From an uncultured delta proteobacterium (GTDB taxonomy: Bacteria > Desulfobacterota > Desulfobacteria > Desulfobacterales > JAFDCJ01): DNA of 64,000 nt. The translations under genes were made by a program, and so were the position numbers. Shown one piece after another: positions 51,552-61,891 of the stretch (position 1 is the first letter of the stretch; each line of letters begins with the position of its first letter). The stretch spans positions 1 through 64,000 of the forward strand of contig CAVYNY010000013.1 in NCBI GenBank assembly GCA_963769935.1. Reading direction: 5' to 3'. Below the pieces are notes generated by a model. That model was not told the origin of the DNA and did no database searches. It worked only from the letters and a program-made list of their open reading frames with translations.

Positions 51552-52163
51552 ATGCTATTCGAAAAAAAAATCCAATTTAGATTTAAAGGCACTCGCAACT
51601 ACGTTCACGGGACCGACCTGTTTGATGCAATATTAAGTATGGCTATGGTTTTTTTCAAGGAATATCCATCAAGGATTAAAGGCACCTTTCATCGCCTTTT
51701 AGCGAGCGACGCTATCTTGCGCATCTATAATGAGGGTGAAGAATTAGATCATGCCGACCCTTATGCAGCTTTTTCCATAGAGCTAAAAAGTCATTCCTAC
51801 ACCGCCAGCATCACCAACGCTAATTCCCATATTACTTCATCATATGAATATGATGAAAAGATAGTTCTTGAAAAAATGGTGATGGAGAAGGACACAGCAA
51901 AGATGCTTGCGACGTCAGCATTTACCTATATTGAGCAGATTGTAGCAATGACCAAGGAACTGCACCTGACGCTGTACCCGGATATGGTTGAAAAATGGCT
52001 GTTTACCAGGATCGACATCAAAGATGTTTTGGATCCTTCTTTATATCCGGGCCGTGAACTGGTGATAAAAGCATTAAAAAATTTCCACAATCGACTGACA
52101 CAAAATGCCGTCTTTTTGGACGATCATATGTTAGGCCATATTTGGTTCTCGAAAGCCTTCTAA
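51552..52163 (+). CDS. Hypothetical protein (possible hotdog-fold partner of FabH/ACP)
   Basis: 203 aa ORF with FRFKGTRNYVHGTD; lies in an operon with fabH-like and acp. The fold is a guess. Confidence 0.6.
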   Translation: MLFEKKIQFRFKGTRNYVHGTDLFDAILSMAMVFFKEYPSRIKGTFHRLLASDAILRIYNEGEELDHADPYAAFSIELKSHSYTASITNANSHITSSYEYDEKIVLEKMVMEKDTAKMLATSAFTYIEQIVAMTKELHLTLYPDMVEKWLFTRIDIKDVLDPSLYPGRELVIKALKNFHNRLTQNAVFLDDHMLGHIWFSKAF

Positions 52164-52171
52164 AGGGAAAG

Positions 52172-53110
52172 ATGATGCTTGGAATTTGCGATATAGATTT
52201 CTATATTCCCGAAAAAAAAATAAGCAACTACGACAGGAAAGAACGGTTTCAAGTTTCCGACGACTTTATTGAAAACAAACTCGGCGTAAAGACCGTATCG
52301 CAAATTGAGCACAATCAAAATGCGTCTGATTTGAGCTGCCTGGCCTATGAAAATTTGCTGACACATGAAACCTCATTAAATCCGAAAGAAATCGATTGCA
52401 TCATTGTTTGCACTCAAAATCCCGATCATCGACTGCCGCACACTTCTGCAATCGTGCACGGCAAACTGAATCTGCCTGAAAAATGCGCTGCTTTCGATGT
52501 ATCCATGGGGTGTTCCGGATACGTCTATTCGCTGGCCGTTATCGAGAGTCTGATGACATCCTGCGGGATGAAAAACGGCCTGTTGTTCACCGCCGATCCG
52601 TATTCAAAAATCATTGATGGAGAAGACAAAAATACGGCTTTGCTGTTTGGTGACGCCGGTACAGTGACGTATATCAGCCAACGCCCTGTGTTGACAAGTG
52701 GGAAATTTACATTCGGGACACGGGGTAAAGATTTCACAAACCTGATTTGCATTGACGGGAATCTGCGCATGAACGGCAGGGAAATTTTTAATTTTGTCGC
52801 CCGAGCGGTGCCCGAAGATATCAAAAAAGTGCTGGAATTAAACAATCTCAAGTTGGAAGATATCGATCGATTTTTACTTCACCAGGGCAGCAAATATATG
52901 ATCGATTTTTTGATCAAACGCATGCAACTTCCGAAAGAAAAGACGCCTTATGTAATCGAAGATTACGGAAACACCGTATCGTCTTCAATACCGATCATGC
53001 TGAAAAGTCTTCTTTTCAAAGAAAATATAGGCCGAATTTTGATCAGTGGTTTTGGAGTAGGTTTATCCTGGTCAAGCACTGTTCTAACCCGAAATTCAAT
53101 TGGAGGATGA
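52172..53110 (+). CDS. FabH-like ketoacyl-ACP synthase III/acyltransferase
   Basis: AFDVSMGCSGY (catalytic Cys), LFGDAG, HQGS, GNTVSSSIP and GFGVGLSW. Confidence 0.9.
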   Translation: MMLGICDIDFYIPEKKISNYDRKERFQVSDDFIENKLGVKTVSQIEHNQNASDLSCLAYENLLTHETSLNPKEIDCIIVCTQNPDHRLPHTSAIVHGKLNLPEKCAAFDVSMGCSGYVYSLAVIESLMTSCGMKNGLLFTADPYSKIIDGEDKNTALLFGDAGTVTYISQRPVLTSGKFTFGTRGKDFTNLICIDGNLRMNGREIFNFVARAVPEDIKKVLELNNLKLEDIDRFLLHQGSKYMIDFLIKRMQLPKEKTPYVIEDYGNTVSSSIPIMLKSLLFKENIGRILISGFGVGLSWSSTVLTRNSIGG

Positions 53111-53117
53111 GTTTTTT

Positions 53118-53354
53118 ATGACTACTGCAGAAGAAATATTCTCGATAATGTTGGCGAATGAAATCAAGGTTGATTTTGAATCACTAGATCATTCAGAATC
53201 CTTAGCAGAGCAAGGACTGGATTCGCTGGATATAACTACAATTTTATTCGCCATGGAAGAAAGGTTCGAAATTAGGTTCGCTGAAGAAGATTTAGAGCAG
53301 GGAAACCTGGCATCTATTAATGATATTGTCGCCTATATTAATAAAGCCCAGTGA
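53118..53354 (+). CDS. Second acyl carrier protein
   Basis: QGLDSLD motif and MEERFEIRF. Confidence 0.88.
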   Translation: MTTAEEIFSIMLANEIKVDFESLDHSESLAEQGLDSLDITTILFAMEERFEIRFAEEDLEQGNLASINDIVAYINKAQ

Positions 53355-53397
53355 GCTAATTTTTAACTTAAATTATTGAAGCACAAATTCAATTGAT

Positions 53398-54729
53398 ATG
53401 ATTGACAAAAAATTAAGACATATTTTCAAGAAATTTATGCTAATTTTCGATTATCCTACCTTTATATGCATTTTCCCAATTTGTCTCATAGGTTCGCTGT
53501 TGACGGTACCATGGATATTGAAACAAAGGCGAATTTGGAACCACACTGTTAAAGGTAGTCCCCAGGCGCTAATCCTGCGAAAGTTTAAAGTGGAAAGGAT
53601 AAAGAGCTTTGATTATGAGCGTTGGCTGCCCTATCGAAACCCTGTCCTAAAGTGGATCGGCTTTTTGGATGCCGTAAACTCTGTAAATGCCGAGATCAAG
53701 GTTACCGATGACCTTCACTTTATAGCCTTTAAATCGCCGGGAATCGTCATTTTTCTGAAAAAGATAAAATTTGCCGCAACTTCAATGCTTTTGCGCGAGC
53801 TTATCGCTGTTTTTAGGATTACGAGGTATTGTGTCAAGCATCAAATTGGAATGCTTCGCGTCTACAAACACGACTACCCGGCCTTAGAGGCTTTGATGGT
53901 GTCGAAATTTATTAAAATACCGTTCATAGTAGACATAATCGGTAATTTCGAGCTGATCCGAAGGCTTACCGGCAGGGACTTTTACTTCAGAGACCTAAAT
54001 AAGGTGCCTTTCATCCGGATATTTGGCCGCCGGGCAACCAATTGGCTCCTTGGATTTCCATTAAAGAATGCCCAGCATGTATTATCTCGAGGGATAAGAA
54101 GTTGTGAATATGCGTTCGAACTGGGAGCGCCACCGGAGAGGCTGTCTGTACTGAGAGTTAGCAACTTCAGCGCTTCATTTAACTCGTACGATCCTGAAAA
54201 ACCTTTGCCAAAACCAGCTGACTACCCATATATACTATTCGTTGGACGTTTGGACGAAATCAAATTTCCTCTTGACCCACTTGATGCCTTCGATCTGGCC
54301 GCCGCCAATCTTCCAGAATGCCGACTCGTTCTTATTGGAGACGGCGCAATGAGACATGCAGTTGATCAAAGAAAACAGCGCAGCAGATACAGTGAGAGGA
54401 TTATTTTGTTAGGTGCTTGTTCGAGTGATATTGTCTTGAATTGGACTGCGCATGCAATGGCAGCCATCTGTCCCTACTCAGGATCCACATTGGTAGAAGC
54501 TATGCTGTGCGGAATTCCTATCATTGCATATGATGTTGGGTGGCATCCTGAAGTCATCATCGACGACTATACGGGATATCTTGTGCCTTTTCGCAATACT
54601 TCAGCCCTGGCGGACAAGATAATTTACGTCTTTCGCAATTATGAGGAAGCAAAATTAGTGAGCAAACGCGGCCGAGAACTGGCACAAGTTGTCTTCGACA
54701 AAGAAAAGATACTGAGAAAGAAAGTATGA
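53398..54729 (+). CDS. GT4 glycosyltransferase with N-terminal TM segment
   Basis: LFVGRL..K, IGDG and STLVEAM..G.PIIAYDVG..E...TGYL. Comparison with the paralogue suggests a -1 slip near 54714 that shortens the C-terminus. Confidence 0.85.
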   Translation: MIDKKLRHIFKKFMLIFDYPTFICIFPICLIGSLLTVPWILKQRRIWNHTVKGSPQALILRKFKVERIKSFDYERWLPYRNPVLKWIGFLDAVNSVNAEIKVTDDLHFIAFKSPGIVIFLKKIKFAATSMLLRELIAVFRITRYCVKHQIGMLRVYKHDYPALEALMVSKFIKIPFIVDIIGNFELIRRLTGRDFYFRDLNKVPFIRIFGRRATNWLLGFPLKNAQHVLSRGIRSCEYAFELGAPPERLSVLRVSNFSASFNSYDPEKPLPKPADYPYILFVGRLDEIKFPLDPLDAFDLAAANLPECRLVLIGDGAMRHAVDQRKQRSRYSERIILLGACSSDIVLNWTAHAMAAICPYSGSTLVEAMLCGIPIIAYDVGWHPEVIIDDYTGYLVPFRNTSALADKIIYVFRNYEEAKLVSKRGRELAQVVFDKEKILRKKV

Positions 54730-54926
54730 TCTACCAACAGGTGCTGGAGGTTCGCGACCTTGATTAACTTTACAAAATGGTCTATAAGGTATTGAATATT
54801 TGAATTTTTTAAATTCATTTAATAAATTTAAAAGAAATCCTATATAGTGAATGAACGAAAGCGCAGCCAACAGCTGTGTTGGGTTTCGCCCTTAGGGTTT
54901 CCTACCGTCGAAGGAGCATGATTTTC

Positions 54927-54982
54927 GTAGGTTGGGTTGAGGGACGAAACCCAACATTATGGCCGGGCTCAAACCAACCTAC
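54927..54982. repeat. GTAG-type REP-like palindrome
   Basis: GTAGGTTGGGTTGAG...CTCAAACCAACCTAC, with 14 of 15 positions complementary. Confidence 0.65.
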
Positions 54983-55051
54983 CCGAAATCTGGACTTTTC
55001 GTCAGGACGCTATATATATCAAAAGCGGCCTTGAAAAGGCTGAGCACAGGC

Positions 55052-55246
55052 ATGAACGCCAAAAAATTACAATTGTTGATTCCCGTTGAAAATCAGGTGC
55101 GGGAGCTTGATCCAAAACTGCTGCTGGCCTGCGTGGCGGCAACGCGCGGGTTTTCGTCCGTGATCGGATCCCGGCGGGAGTTGGAGTTTCGAATCGACAC
55201 GTACCCGCGCAGCATTTATCTGTCCAAGAGCATGACCGGCCGCAGC
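55052..55246 (+). pseudogene. 5' stump of a surface-carbohydrate biosynthesis gene (third paralogue)
   Basis: 55077..55246 matches 58854..59023 with about 5 mismatches, then similarity ends. Confidence 0.85.
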
Positions 55247-55475
55247 TGGGTGAAAAAAAATGATAGACGTGGAAATATTCAAAGACCAAAATGCTGCATT
55301 ATACCAAAGGCTTTCCCGGTCGGGCTCGCAAATAATAGCGCTGCCCACCGCTCATTAGCGCACGAATTAGCTTAATTTAGACGGCCAGTATTATATTTAC
55401 AATGCAATTGGTCCCTAAATATCCATCGCTCTCCAAGTTGCGTTTTGCATCTTTTGGGATCCCTCGTGCAGCCCT

Positions 55476-56591
55476 TTACAGATCTGGCCCACTTATTAGT
55501 GCTGATGCTAACCTTACCCACGGTTCGGCTTTTCGCGCATTTCCAGAGCTCGAAAAGTCAGCTATCTTTTCTAGCGTTGCGAGTAGAAATTGGCGCTTTG
55601 GTGGCATGCTAATCGGATTTAAGGTCCGCCTCCGGACCTCAAGAGCCAAGTGATTCACGATCTCGGGGTGCTGACGATAAACTCGACGGACTACCTTGAT
55701 TAGCTCCTCGGCGAGCGGAAGCTCTCGAGATCTCTCACAGTCCAATAGGGTAATTTCACCATCAGAATCAACACTTAAGTTACTTTTAGTCAAATCGCCA
55801 TGACCAACGCAAATAGGTACCTTCTCATCGCTGAATCGCAAGCATTGTTCTGTAGCTTTCAATAGTTGTCTACAGGAAGCCATTCTTCTCTTCTTCCATT
55901 TGAAGATGGGAATTAATTTGGAAATATCCCGGCCCATTCGTGCTCCATCGTAAAGAGAGGCAACGCGTTGATGGCTGATGCCTTCGCTATCATAAAAATT
56001 TAACAAGGACGGCAGCAGCTTGTTCATCAATAAGTTCCAGTCCGTGTGCAGGCCGAATGGACGGCCGATAATGAGCTCCTCCAGGATATATAGTGGCACA
56101 GTTGTTATATCATGCTCGATGACATTGGGAGCCCGAACTCCTGAGCTTGAACTGAGCCGTTTTCTTATATTCATGGCGATCGGTAGCTTTTCTGCAGATT
56201 GGGTTTGAATGGCCACCCATAGAGTCAATGGCTGAAGACCTGTATAAAATGCACGTATATTGGACTTAAAGGAGACAGAGTTGGATAATGTCCGTACTCG
56301 AATTCGATCAGAAAATAGCAGATAACGCAGCGCTAAAGTGGGACTTTGAACCGGAAAGCCTGGAACGGTCTTCATGGAAACAGACGGCAATCGTGACAAT
56401 GGATGAACCAGCTGATTCCATAAAATTTTTTCATTCACCAGCCAATTTCCGATAATTCTAAAAAAACCTTCCTTTGAAACTTGACCACGAAGTGCATCAA
56501 GCCGCTGCTCAATCTTTGATAGGGTAATAAGACCTTGGATGACATCATGGCCTTTGATGATATACTTGCCTCGCTGTTTGGTTCCTGCCAC
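55476..56591 (-). CDS. APH/choline-kinase-like phosphotransferase
   Basis: APNVIE, ILEELIIG, HGDLTKSN and LLDCE. Confidence 0.65.
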   Translation of the reverse strand: MAGTKQRGKYIIKGHDVIQGLITLSKIEQRLDALRGQVSKEGFFRIIGNWLVNEKILWNQLVHPLSRLPSVSMKTVPGFPVQSPTLALRYLLFSDRIRVRTLSNSVSFKSNIRAFYTGLQPLTLWVAIQTQSAEKLPIAMNIRKRLSSSSGVRAPNVIEHDITTVPLYILEELIIGRPFGLHTDWNLLMNKLLPSLLNFYDSEGISHQRVASLYDGARMGRDISKLIPIFKWKKRRMASCRQLLKATEQCLRFSDEKVPICVGHGDLTKSNLSVDSDGEITLLDCERSRELPLAEELIKVVRRVYRQHPEIVNHLALEVRRRTLNPISMPPKRQFLLATLEKIADFSSSGNARKAEPWVRLASALISGPDL

Positions 56592-56593
56592 CG

Positions 56594-57286
56594 CTATCTC
56601 TCCACCAGGAATATAAAGCGAAATGGTTCTCGGCCTATGCAGGGAGTTTCCCCCAGGTACCTTACACTCTGGCCTTTTGTCACCATTCGGTTCAAGCATT
56701 GGGTGCTGTATTGGATTATTGAGTCACGATCAAAATCGATGATATTTGGCGCATTTTGCCCATACTTCTTTTTTTGGCCGGCGGGCTCAAAAAATAATTT
56801 ATTCCGAGTTTTAGACAGCAATGTCGCCATCATCTCCCAGGATTTCTCCAAACCATAATATTTCGCCCAGTAATGATGAACTGACAGACAAAGGATTACG
56901 TCAAATTCCGGCAGAAAACTAATGGTGTCAGGGTTAATATCTATACACAGGAAAGACAAGTTAGGAATTTTTCGGAAGCGTGACCTTGCTTTTTGAATAA
57001 AACTATTGTCCACATCAATTCCGATGGCAAGAAGACCCGATTCGGCGGCTCGATGTGTCAAAATACCAAGATTACACCCAAGATCAAGGATGTTACGGTC
57101 CTCAGGTTGTAAATAATTGTTAATAATCTCCCACCGTTTATCGGTACCTTCGGTACGCTCTGTCTGATAGGGCAATCGACGTTTTACGCCTAAAGTGTGC
57201 TTGGCTCTCTTTTTAATACGCTTAAATAGTGGTCTCTTCTCATCAAAGACTGGTGATTTCCATTTTGAAAAAGTATTTAATTTCAC
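56594..57286 (-). CDS. Class I SAM-dependent methyltransferase
   Basis: ILDLGCNLG, IGID and FDVILCLSVHH. Confidence 0.85.
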   Translation of the reverse strand: MKLNTFSKWKSPVFDEKRPLFKRIKKRAKHTLGVKRRLPYQTERTEGTDKRWEIINNYLQPEDRNILDLGCNLGILTHRAAESGLLAIGIDVDNSFIQKARSRFRKIPNLSFLCIDINPDTISFLPEFDVILCLSVHHYWAKYYGLEKSWEMMATLLSKTRNKLFFEPAGQKKKYGQNAPNIIDFDRDSIIQYSTQCLNRMVTKGQSVRYLGETPCIGREPFRFIFLVER

Positions 57287-57711
57287 AGCTGGCTCTCCAT
57301 AATTGGGATTGAGTTAGTAAAAAAATTCACAAATTGAATAAAAATATATAGATTTCAATATGTTGTGTCAATACGTTTTGGCTCTCTCATCATCTTGTTC
57401 ATGTTTGTTCGATTCCGGCATTAAACAAAACGGGTCCATCACTGCCATAGCACTAAGGAAGAAATCTATAGTTTATAACGCCGGCCGGAATCAAACTGCG
57501 TCCGATTTTTTCAGATGTTGTTTGTTGGGTCCATGGCTTGTAAGAAGAACTAAAGGCCATAACTAAAAGAGCTAATGATCACCTGCGAGGCAATGGCTTG
57601 AATTTTTCCACTACCGGAGGAAAAAATAAATGGGTACGATTGTGCCCATTTATTGCGCGTGATACCGAGCATGAAGCATTCGGTTTAAAAGTACCCAATC
57701 AAGAGGCTTTT

Positions 57712-58390
57712 CTATGAGGCGGCCAGAAAGATCGCATTGAACCCTATTTCGGAAGCATTCACTCCTTCGGTCAGATGTCTTTTTCCCGCGCGCGTGTAGT
57801 TCTCTTTCACCATTTTGTATTTTCAGACCTCTAGAAATTCTCGCATTTCCGAACCGCAGGGAGCGTTCATTTCTACTTGAATAATTCTAGGCCTACTGGC
57901 CTTATTCAGCAGTTCCTGCATTCCGCGAAGAATCAAAAGCTCATTTCCGTCAACGTCTATCATAATATGATTAGGTGCCTCAATCTTCCTTAAGGCAATA
58001 AAACCGTCAATGGTTGCGGCATATTTCAACTCTGAAATTTCTGGTTGAAATTTTGCACCGTTATGGTCAGAAGATTCAAGCTGGCTATTTGAAGTTCCTG
58101 CTTTGTTTGAAATATAACTATAAGGGAAAAAGCCCTCTTTTTCATGCAGGGCGAAATTACACGGAATGACATTTTGCTGAAGGTTATTTACGGTTATGTT
58201 GTCAATCAATCGTGCGAAGTTGGCGCCGTGGGGTTCAAAGGCATACACCTTACCCTTGCTACCGGTTCGGAAAGCAGCAAGGATGGTATAAACTCCGATG
58301 TTGGCACCTATGTCATAAAACACGTCGCCGGGATGAACATTCTTCATGATCCAATCAAGGGTGCGCCCATGGAGCTTTCGAACATATTTA
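57712..58390 (-). pseudogene. FkbM methyltransferase, degraded paralogue of 62816..63661
   Basis: FYDIGANIG, AFEP and IDVDGNE. N-terminus lost; the C-terminus YKMVKENYTRAG..GFNAIF lies beyond a break. Confidence 0.75.
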
Positions 58391-58771
58391 GGGGGGGGGC
58401 CATGATTTGGCTTTCGAGCGAATCGGATAGAAAGACATGTTTTATGCTTTAGGCTTTATCTAGTTATGGGTTGTCTGTTTCGTGGATACAATAAAAACCT
58501 GCCTACAGAGTTCTTGGATCTAAATATAGGTCAGAATTAATTACCGCTAAAAACCCTTGCTTGTCAAGGGTCTGAATTTATATTATTAATTATTGACACT
58601 TTAACAAACTTAAGGCTAATATTTCAGCACCTTTATGAGATAATCGCACATTTGTCATTTCAGCGCAACAGGCCATAAGTCGGAATCTTACGTAAACGAT
58701 AAGCGAGGAGGGGGCCTTGAGTGTTACGTGGCCAGCGATTCCGAAATATCTTTATCCTTTGGCCCAGCAAT

Positions 58772-58794
58772 AGAGCGTTTCGGCGCTTTTTTTT
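58772..58794 (+). terminator. Intrinsic terminator-like hairpin in the leader of the 58829 gene
   Basis: AGAGCGT-TTCG-GCGCTTT followed by a T run. Confidence 0.5.
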
Positions 58795-58828
58795 GAAGCA
58801 TGTTGCGTGATCTGGGGTTATTATAACC

Positions 58829-60232
58829 ATGAGTAATGCAAAACCGCTACTGCTGATTCCCGTTGAAAATCAGGTGCGGGAGCTTGATCCAAAACTGCTG
58901 CTGGCCTGCGTGGCGGCAACGCGCGGGTTTTCGTCCGTGATCGGATCCCGGCGGGAGTTGGAGTTTCGAATCGACGCCTATCCACGCAGCATTTATCTGT
59001 CCAAGAGCATGACCGGGCGCAGCCTCATATTTTTTCGCCTTGCCCGAAAATTCGGTCATAAAATCGTTGCCTGGGACGAGGAGGCGCTGGTTCACCTGCC
59101 TCCTGAAACTTACTACTCCCGTCGACTGCATCCGGAAGCCATCAAACTGGTATCGCATTTATTCGCCTGGGGTCAGGATAATGTCGAATTATGGGGGCAA
59201 TACCCTCATTTGCCGGCGGAGCTGCCGATCCACAGCATCGGCAATCCACGCACGGATATGCTGCGACCGGAGATGCATTCGTTTTACGAGGAGGAGGTGC
59301 AGGCCCTGCGGCAAAAGTACGGGGAATTTATTCTGATCAATACCAACTTCAATCATGTCAATGCCTTTGGCCCCGACCTGAATCTGTTTCAACCGGCTGC
59401 CGGGCCGGGCGAGCCGGCTAAATTCGGCCGGGCCGCCCGCGGCATGAGCCGGGAGTACGCCCAGGGCCTGTGGGATCACAAGCAGGCGGTTTTTAAGAGC
59501 TTTCAACATCTCATTCCCAAACTCGAACAGGCTTTCCCGGATCTGAACATCGTCATTCGACCTCATCCGACCGAACGCCATGCGGTGTACAATGATATCG
59601 CCGCCCGCTGTTCGCGGGTGCACGTGACCAATGCAGGCAATGTCGTGCCCTGGATATTGGCCACCCGTGTGGTTTTGCACAACGGCTGTACCACCGGCAT
59701 CGAGGCCTTTGTCATGGGTGTGCCTTCCATCAGCTACCGTGAATCTGTCAGCGAAGAGTATGACAATGGTTTTTACCGCCTGCCCAATGCCGTCAGCCAC
59801 CAATGCTTTGATTTCGACCAGCTGCAGGATATGGTGCAGCAAATTCTGGCGGGCAGGCTGGGACCGGCGGCCGGCCATGAGCGCCAAACGATTGTAAAGC
59901 ATTATCTGGAATCCCAATCCGGGCCGCTGGCCTGCGAAAAGATGGTCGACGTTCTGGCATCTTTCGCTGATAGTCAGAACAACAACAGCGGGCCTTCAGG
60001 GTTGCAGCGTCTCCAGTGCCGGATCATCGCCGGCGGGTATCATCTATACAGGTGGCTGCAGCCCAGGCTGCCGGGATCTCATAACAGGCCGGAATTCCAA
60101 CGTCACCGCTACCCGGGAATATCCCTTGCAGCTCTGCAAAAAAAGATTGACTGCCTGCAACAGATTCGCGGAGATATGACCCAGCTGAAAGTCGAAAAAC
60201 TGAGCAATGTGCTCTTTCGGATATCGGCGTGA
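58829..60232 (+). CDS. Surface carbohydrate biosynthesis protein (TIGR04396-like), putative transferase
   Basis: IPVENQVRELDPKLLL, WDEEAL, GNPR.D.L, INTNF, IRPHPTE and HNGCTTGIEA. Confidence 0.8.
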   Translation: MSNAKPLLLIPVENQVRELDPKLLLACVAATRGFSSVIGSRRELEFRIDAYPRSIYLSKSMTGRSLIFFRLARKFGHKIVAWDEEALVHLPPETYYSRRLHPEAIKLVSHLFAWGQDNVELWGQYPHLPAELPIHSIGNPRTDMLRPEMHSFYEEEVQALRQKYGEFILINTNFNHVNAFGPDLNLFQPAAGPGEPAKFGRAARGMSREYAQGLWDHKQAVFKSFQHLIPKLEQAFPDLNIVIRPHPTERHAVYNDIAARCSRVHVTNAGNVVPWILATRVVLHNGCTTGIEAFVMGVPSISYRESVSEEYDNGFYRLPNAVSHQCFDFDQLQDMVQQILAGRLGPAAGHERQTIVKHYLESQSGPLACEKMVDVLASFADSQNNNSGPSGLQRLQCRIIAGGYHLYRWLQPRLPGSHNRPEFQRHRYPGISLAALQKKIDCLQQIRGDMTQLKVEKLSNVLFRISA

Positions 60233-60251
60233 GGAAGAAGGAAAAAATATC

Positions 60252-61661
60252 ATGAACATTAAAGATGCCGGAGCGTCTCTCATTATACCGGTCGAAAACC
60301 AGGTGCGTGAACTCGATCCCAAATTGTTGTTGACCTGTATCGCTGTCCGGCGAGGATTTTCCGTGATTATCGGGTCTCACCGCGAGGTGGATTTTCAGAT
60401 TACTTCCTTCCCGAGAAGCTGGTACCTCAATAAAAGCATGACGGAACGCAATCTTAGCATGTTGCGGATAATGGAAAAAGTAGGCCATGAAATTTTGACT
60501 TGGGATGAAGAGGCCCTGGTGCATCTGCCGGCGGAAACTTATTATTCCCGCAGGCTGTCACCGGACGCGATCAGGTATAACTCGCATTTGTTTGCCTGGG
60601 GGGAGGACAACGCCGAGCTGTGGCGCCGGTATCCTCATCTTCCTGCCGGAATGCCGATCCATGTTACGGGAAATCCTAGAAGTGATATGCTCAGGCCTGA
60701 ATTGCGGGCCTTCTACGAACCCGAATCGGAAGAGTTGCAGAAAAAATATGGAAAATATATCCTTGTTAATACCAATTTTAATCATGTAAATGCCTTTTTC
60801 CCGGCCCAGAACCTGTTCCGCCCGGTAAAAAGGGCCGGCGAGGAACCTCAATTCGGCAAGGCGGCCGTAGGCATGAGCCGGGAATATGCTGAAGGATTGC
60901 GGGATCACAAACTGAATATCCTCAATGCCTTCAAGGAGCTGATCCCGATCCTCGACCGGGAATTTCCGAATCATACGATCATTGTGCGGCCGCACCCGAC
61001 TGAAAATCAGCAGATCTATCAAGACATTGCCGATCAATGCCAACGCGTCCAGGTGACCAACGAAGGCAATGTCGTGCCCTGGTTAATGGGCACCGATGTC
61101 GTTATCCACAACGGCTGCACCACCGGGGTGGAAGCCTACGTCATGGGGACACCGGCCGTATCCTACCGCGCCAAGATCAATGAAAAATACGATCTGGGAT
61201 TCTACCGCTTGCCGAATCTGATCAGCCATCAATGTTTCGATATTCAACAATTGCTGGAAACCCTTGCAAAGATTCTGAAGGGAGAATTAGGGGCAGCCAA
61301 CGGTGATGAACGCCGGGCGCTGGTCAACCAATATCTGGCAGCTCAGGAAGGCCCGCTGGCTTGTGAGCGAATTGTTGATGTTCTTGTGAAGATTGTAGAA
61401 GATCGACCGTATCTGCCTAAGCCGGCGTTGATCGATCGGGCTTTTGGACGCAGTTTTGCCTATTGGCGGCGCGCAATTAAGTCCATAAAAAAACAATTCG
61501 ACGAAAAGCAGGCGCCGGCGGAATTTCATCGGCATCGCTATCCCGGCATCTCGCTGCAGGAGTTAATTGACCGGATATCAAAAATTCAAAGGGTGCTCGG
61601 TGACACCACCGCAATCAGCGCCAAGCAAATATCGGATCAGATATTTGTAGTCCATCGCTAA
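60252..61661 (+). CDS. Surface carbohydrate biosynthesis protein, tandem paralogue
   Basis: Same motifs as the upstream gene, collinear along its whole length. Confidence 0.8.
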   Translation: MNIKDAGASLIIPVENQVRELDPKLLLTCIAVRRGFSVIIGSHREVDFQITSFPRSWYLNKSMTERNLSMLRIMEKVGHEILTWDEEALVHLPAETYYSRRLSPDAIRYNSHLFAWGEDNAELWRRYPHLPAGMPIHVTGNPRSDMLRPELRAFYEPESEELQKKYGKYILVNTNFNHVNAFFPAQNLFRPVKRAGEEPQFGKAAVGMSREYAEGLRDHKLNILNAFKELIPILDREFPNHTIIVRPHPTENQQIYQDIADQCQRVQVTNEGNVVPWLMGTDVVIHNGCTTGVEAYVMGTPAVSYRAKINEKYDLGFYRLPNLISHQCFDIQQLLETLAKILKGELGAANGDERRALVNQYLAAQEGPLACERIVDVLVKIVEDRPYLPKPALIDRAFGRSFAYWRRAIKSIKKQFDEKQAPAEFHRHRYPGISLQELIDRISKIQRVLGDTTAISAKQISDQIFVVHR

Positions 61662-61891
61662 GTCCCTCGATTCATCAATACGATAACGTATTTATTCACC
61701 CGGGGCTTAGGTGCTGAGGAAGCACTATTAATGATCCGCATACTAAAAATACGTCACTGTAATTGCGATTCGAAGCACTAAGCGCTGTCTAACAAGGATT
61801 TTGGCAAGGGCAACGGCAATATTCGTTCCATAAAAATGCCATGAACGCATACACAATCCGAAGTAACGAAATAAAAGATAGGAGAAATCTA

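Noticed and set aside
54959..55375. 138-aa ORF as an intact gene
   Set aside because: Starts inside a REP-like palindrome; only about 65 codons are homologous to the 58829 gene.
57570..57690. attC-like site near the inverted insert (hairpin AATAAATGGGTAC/TGCCCATTTATT)
   Set aside because: No convincing RYYYAAC/GTTRRRY ends and no integron integrase in the window.
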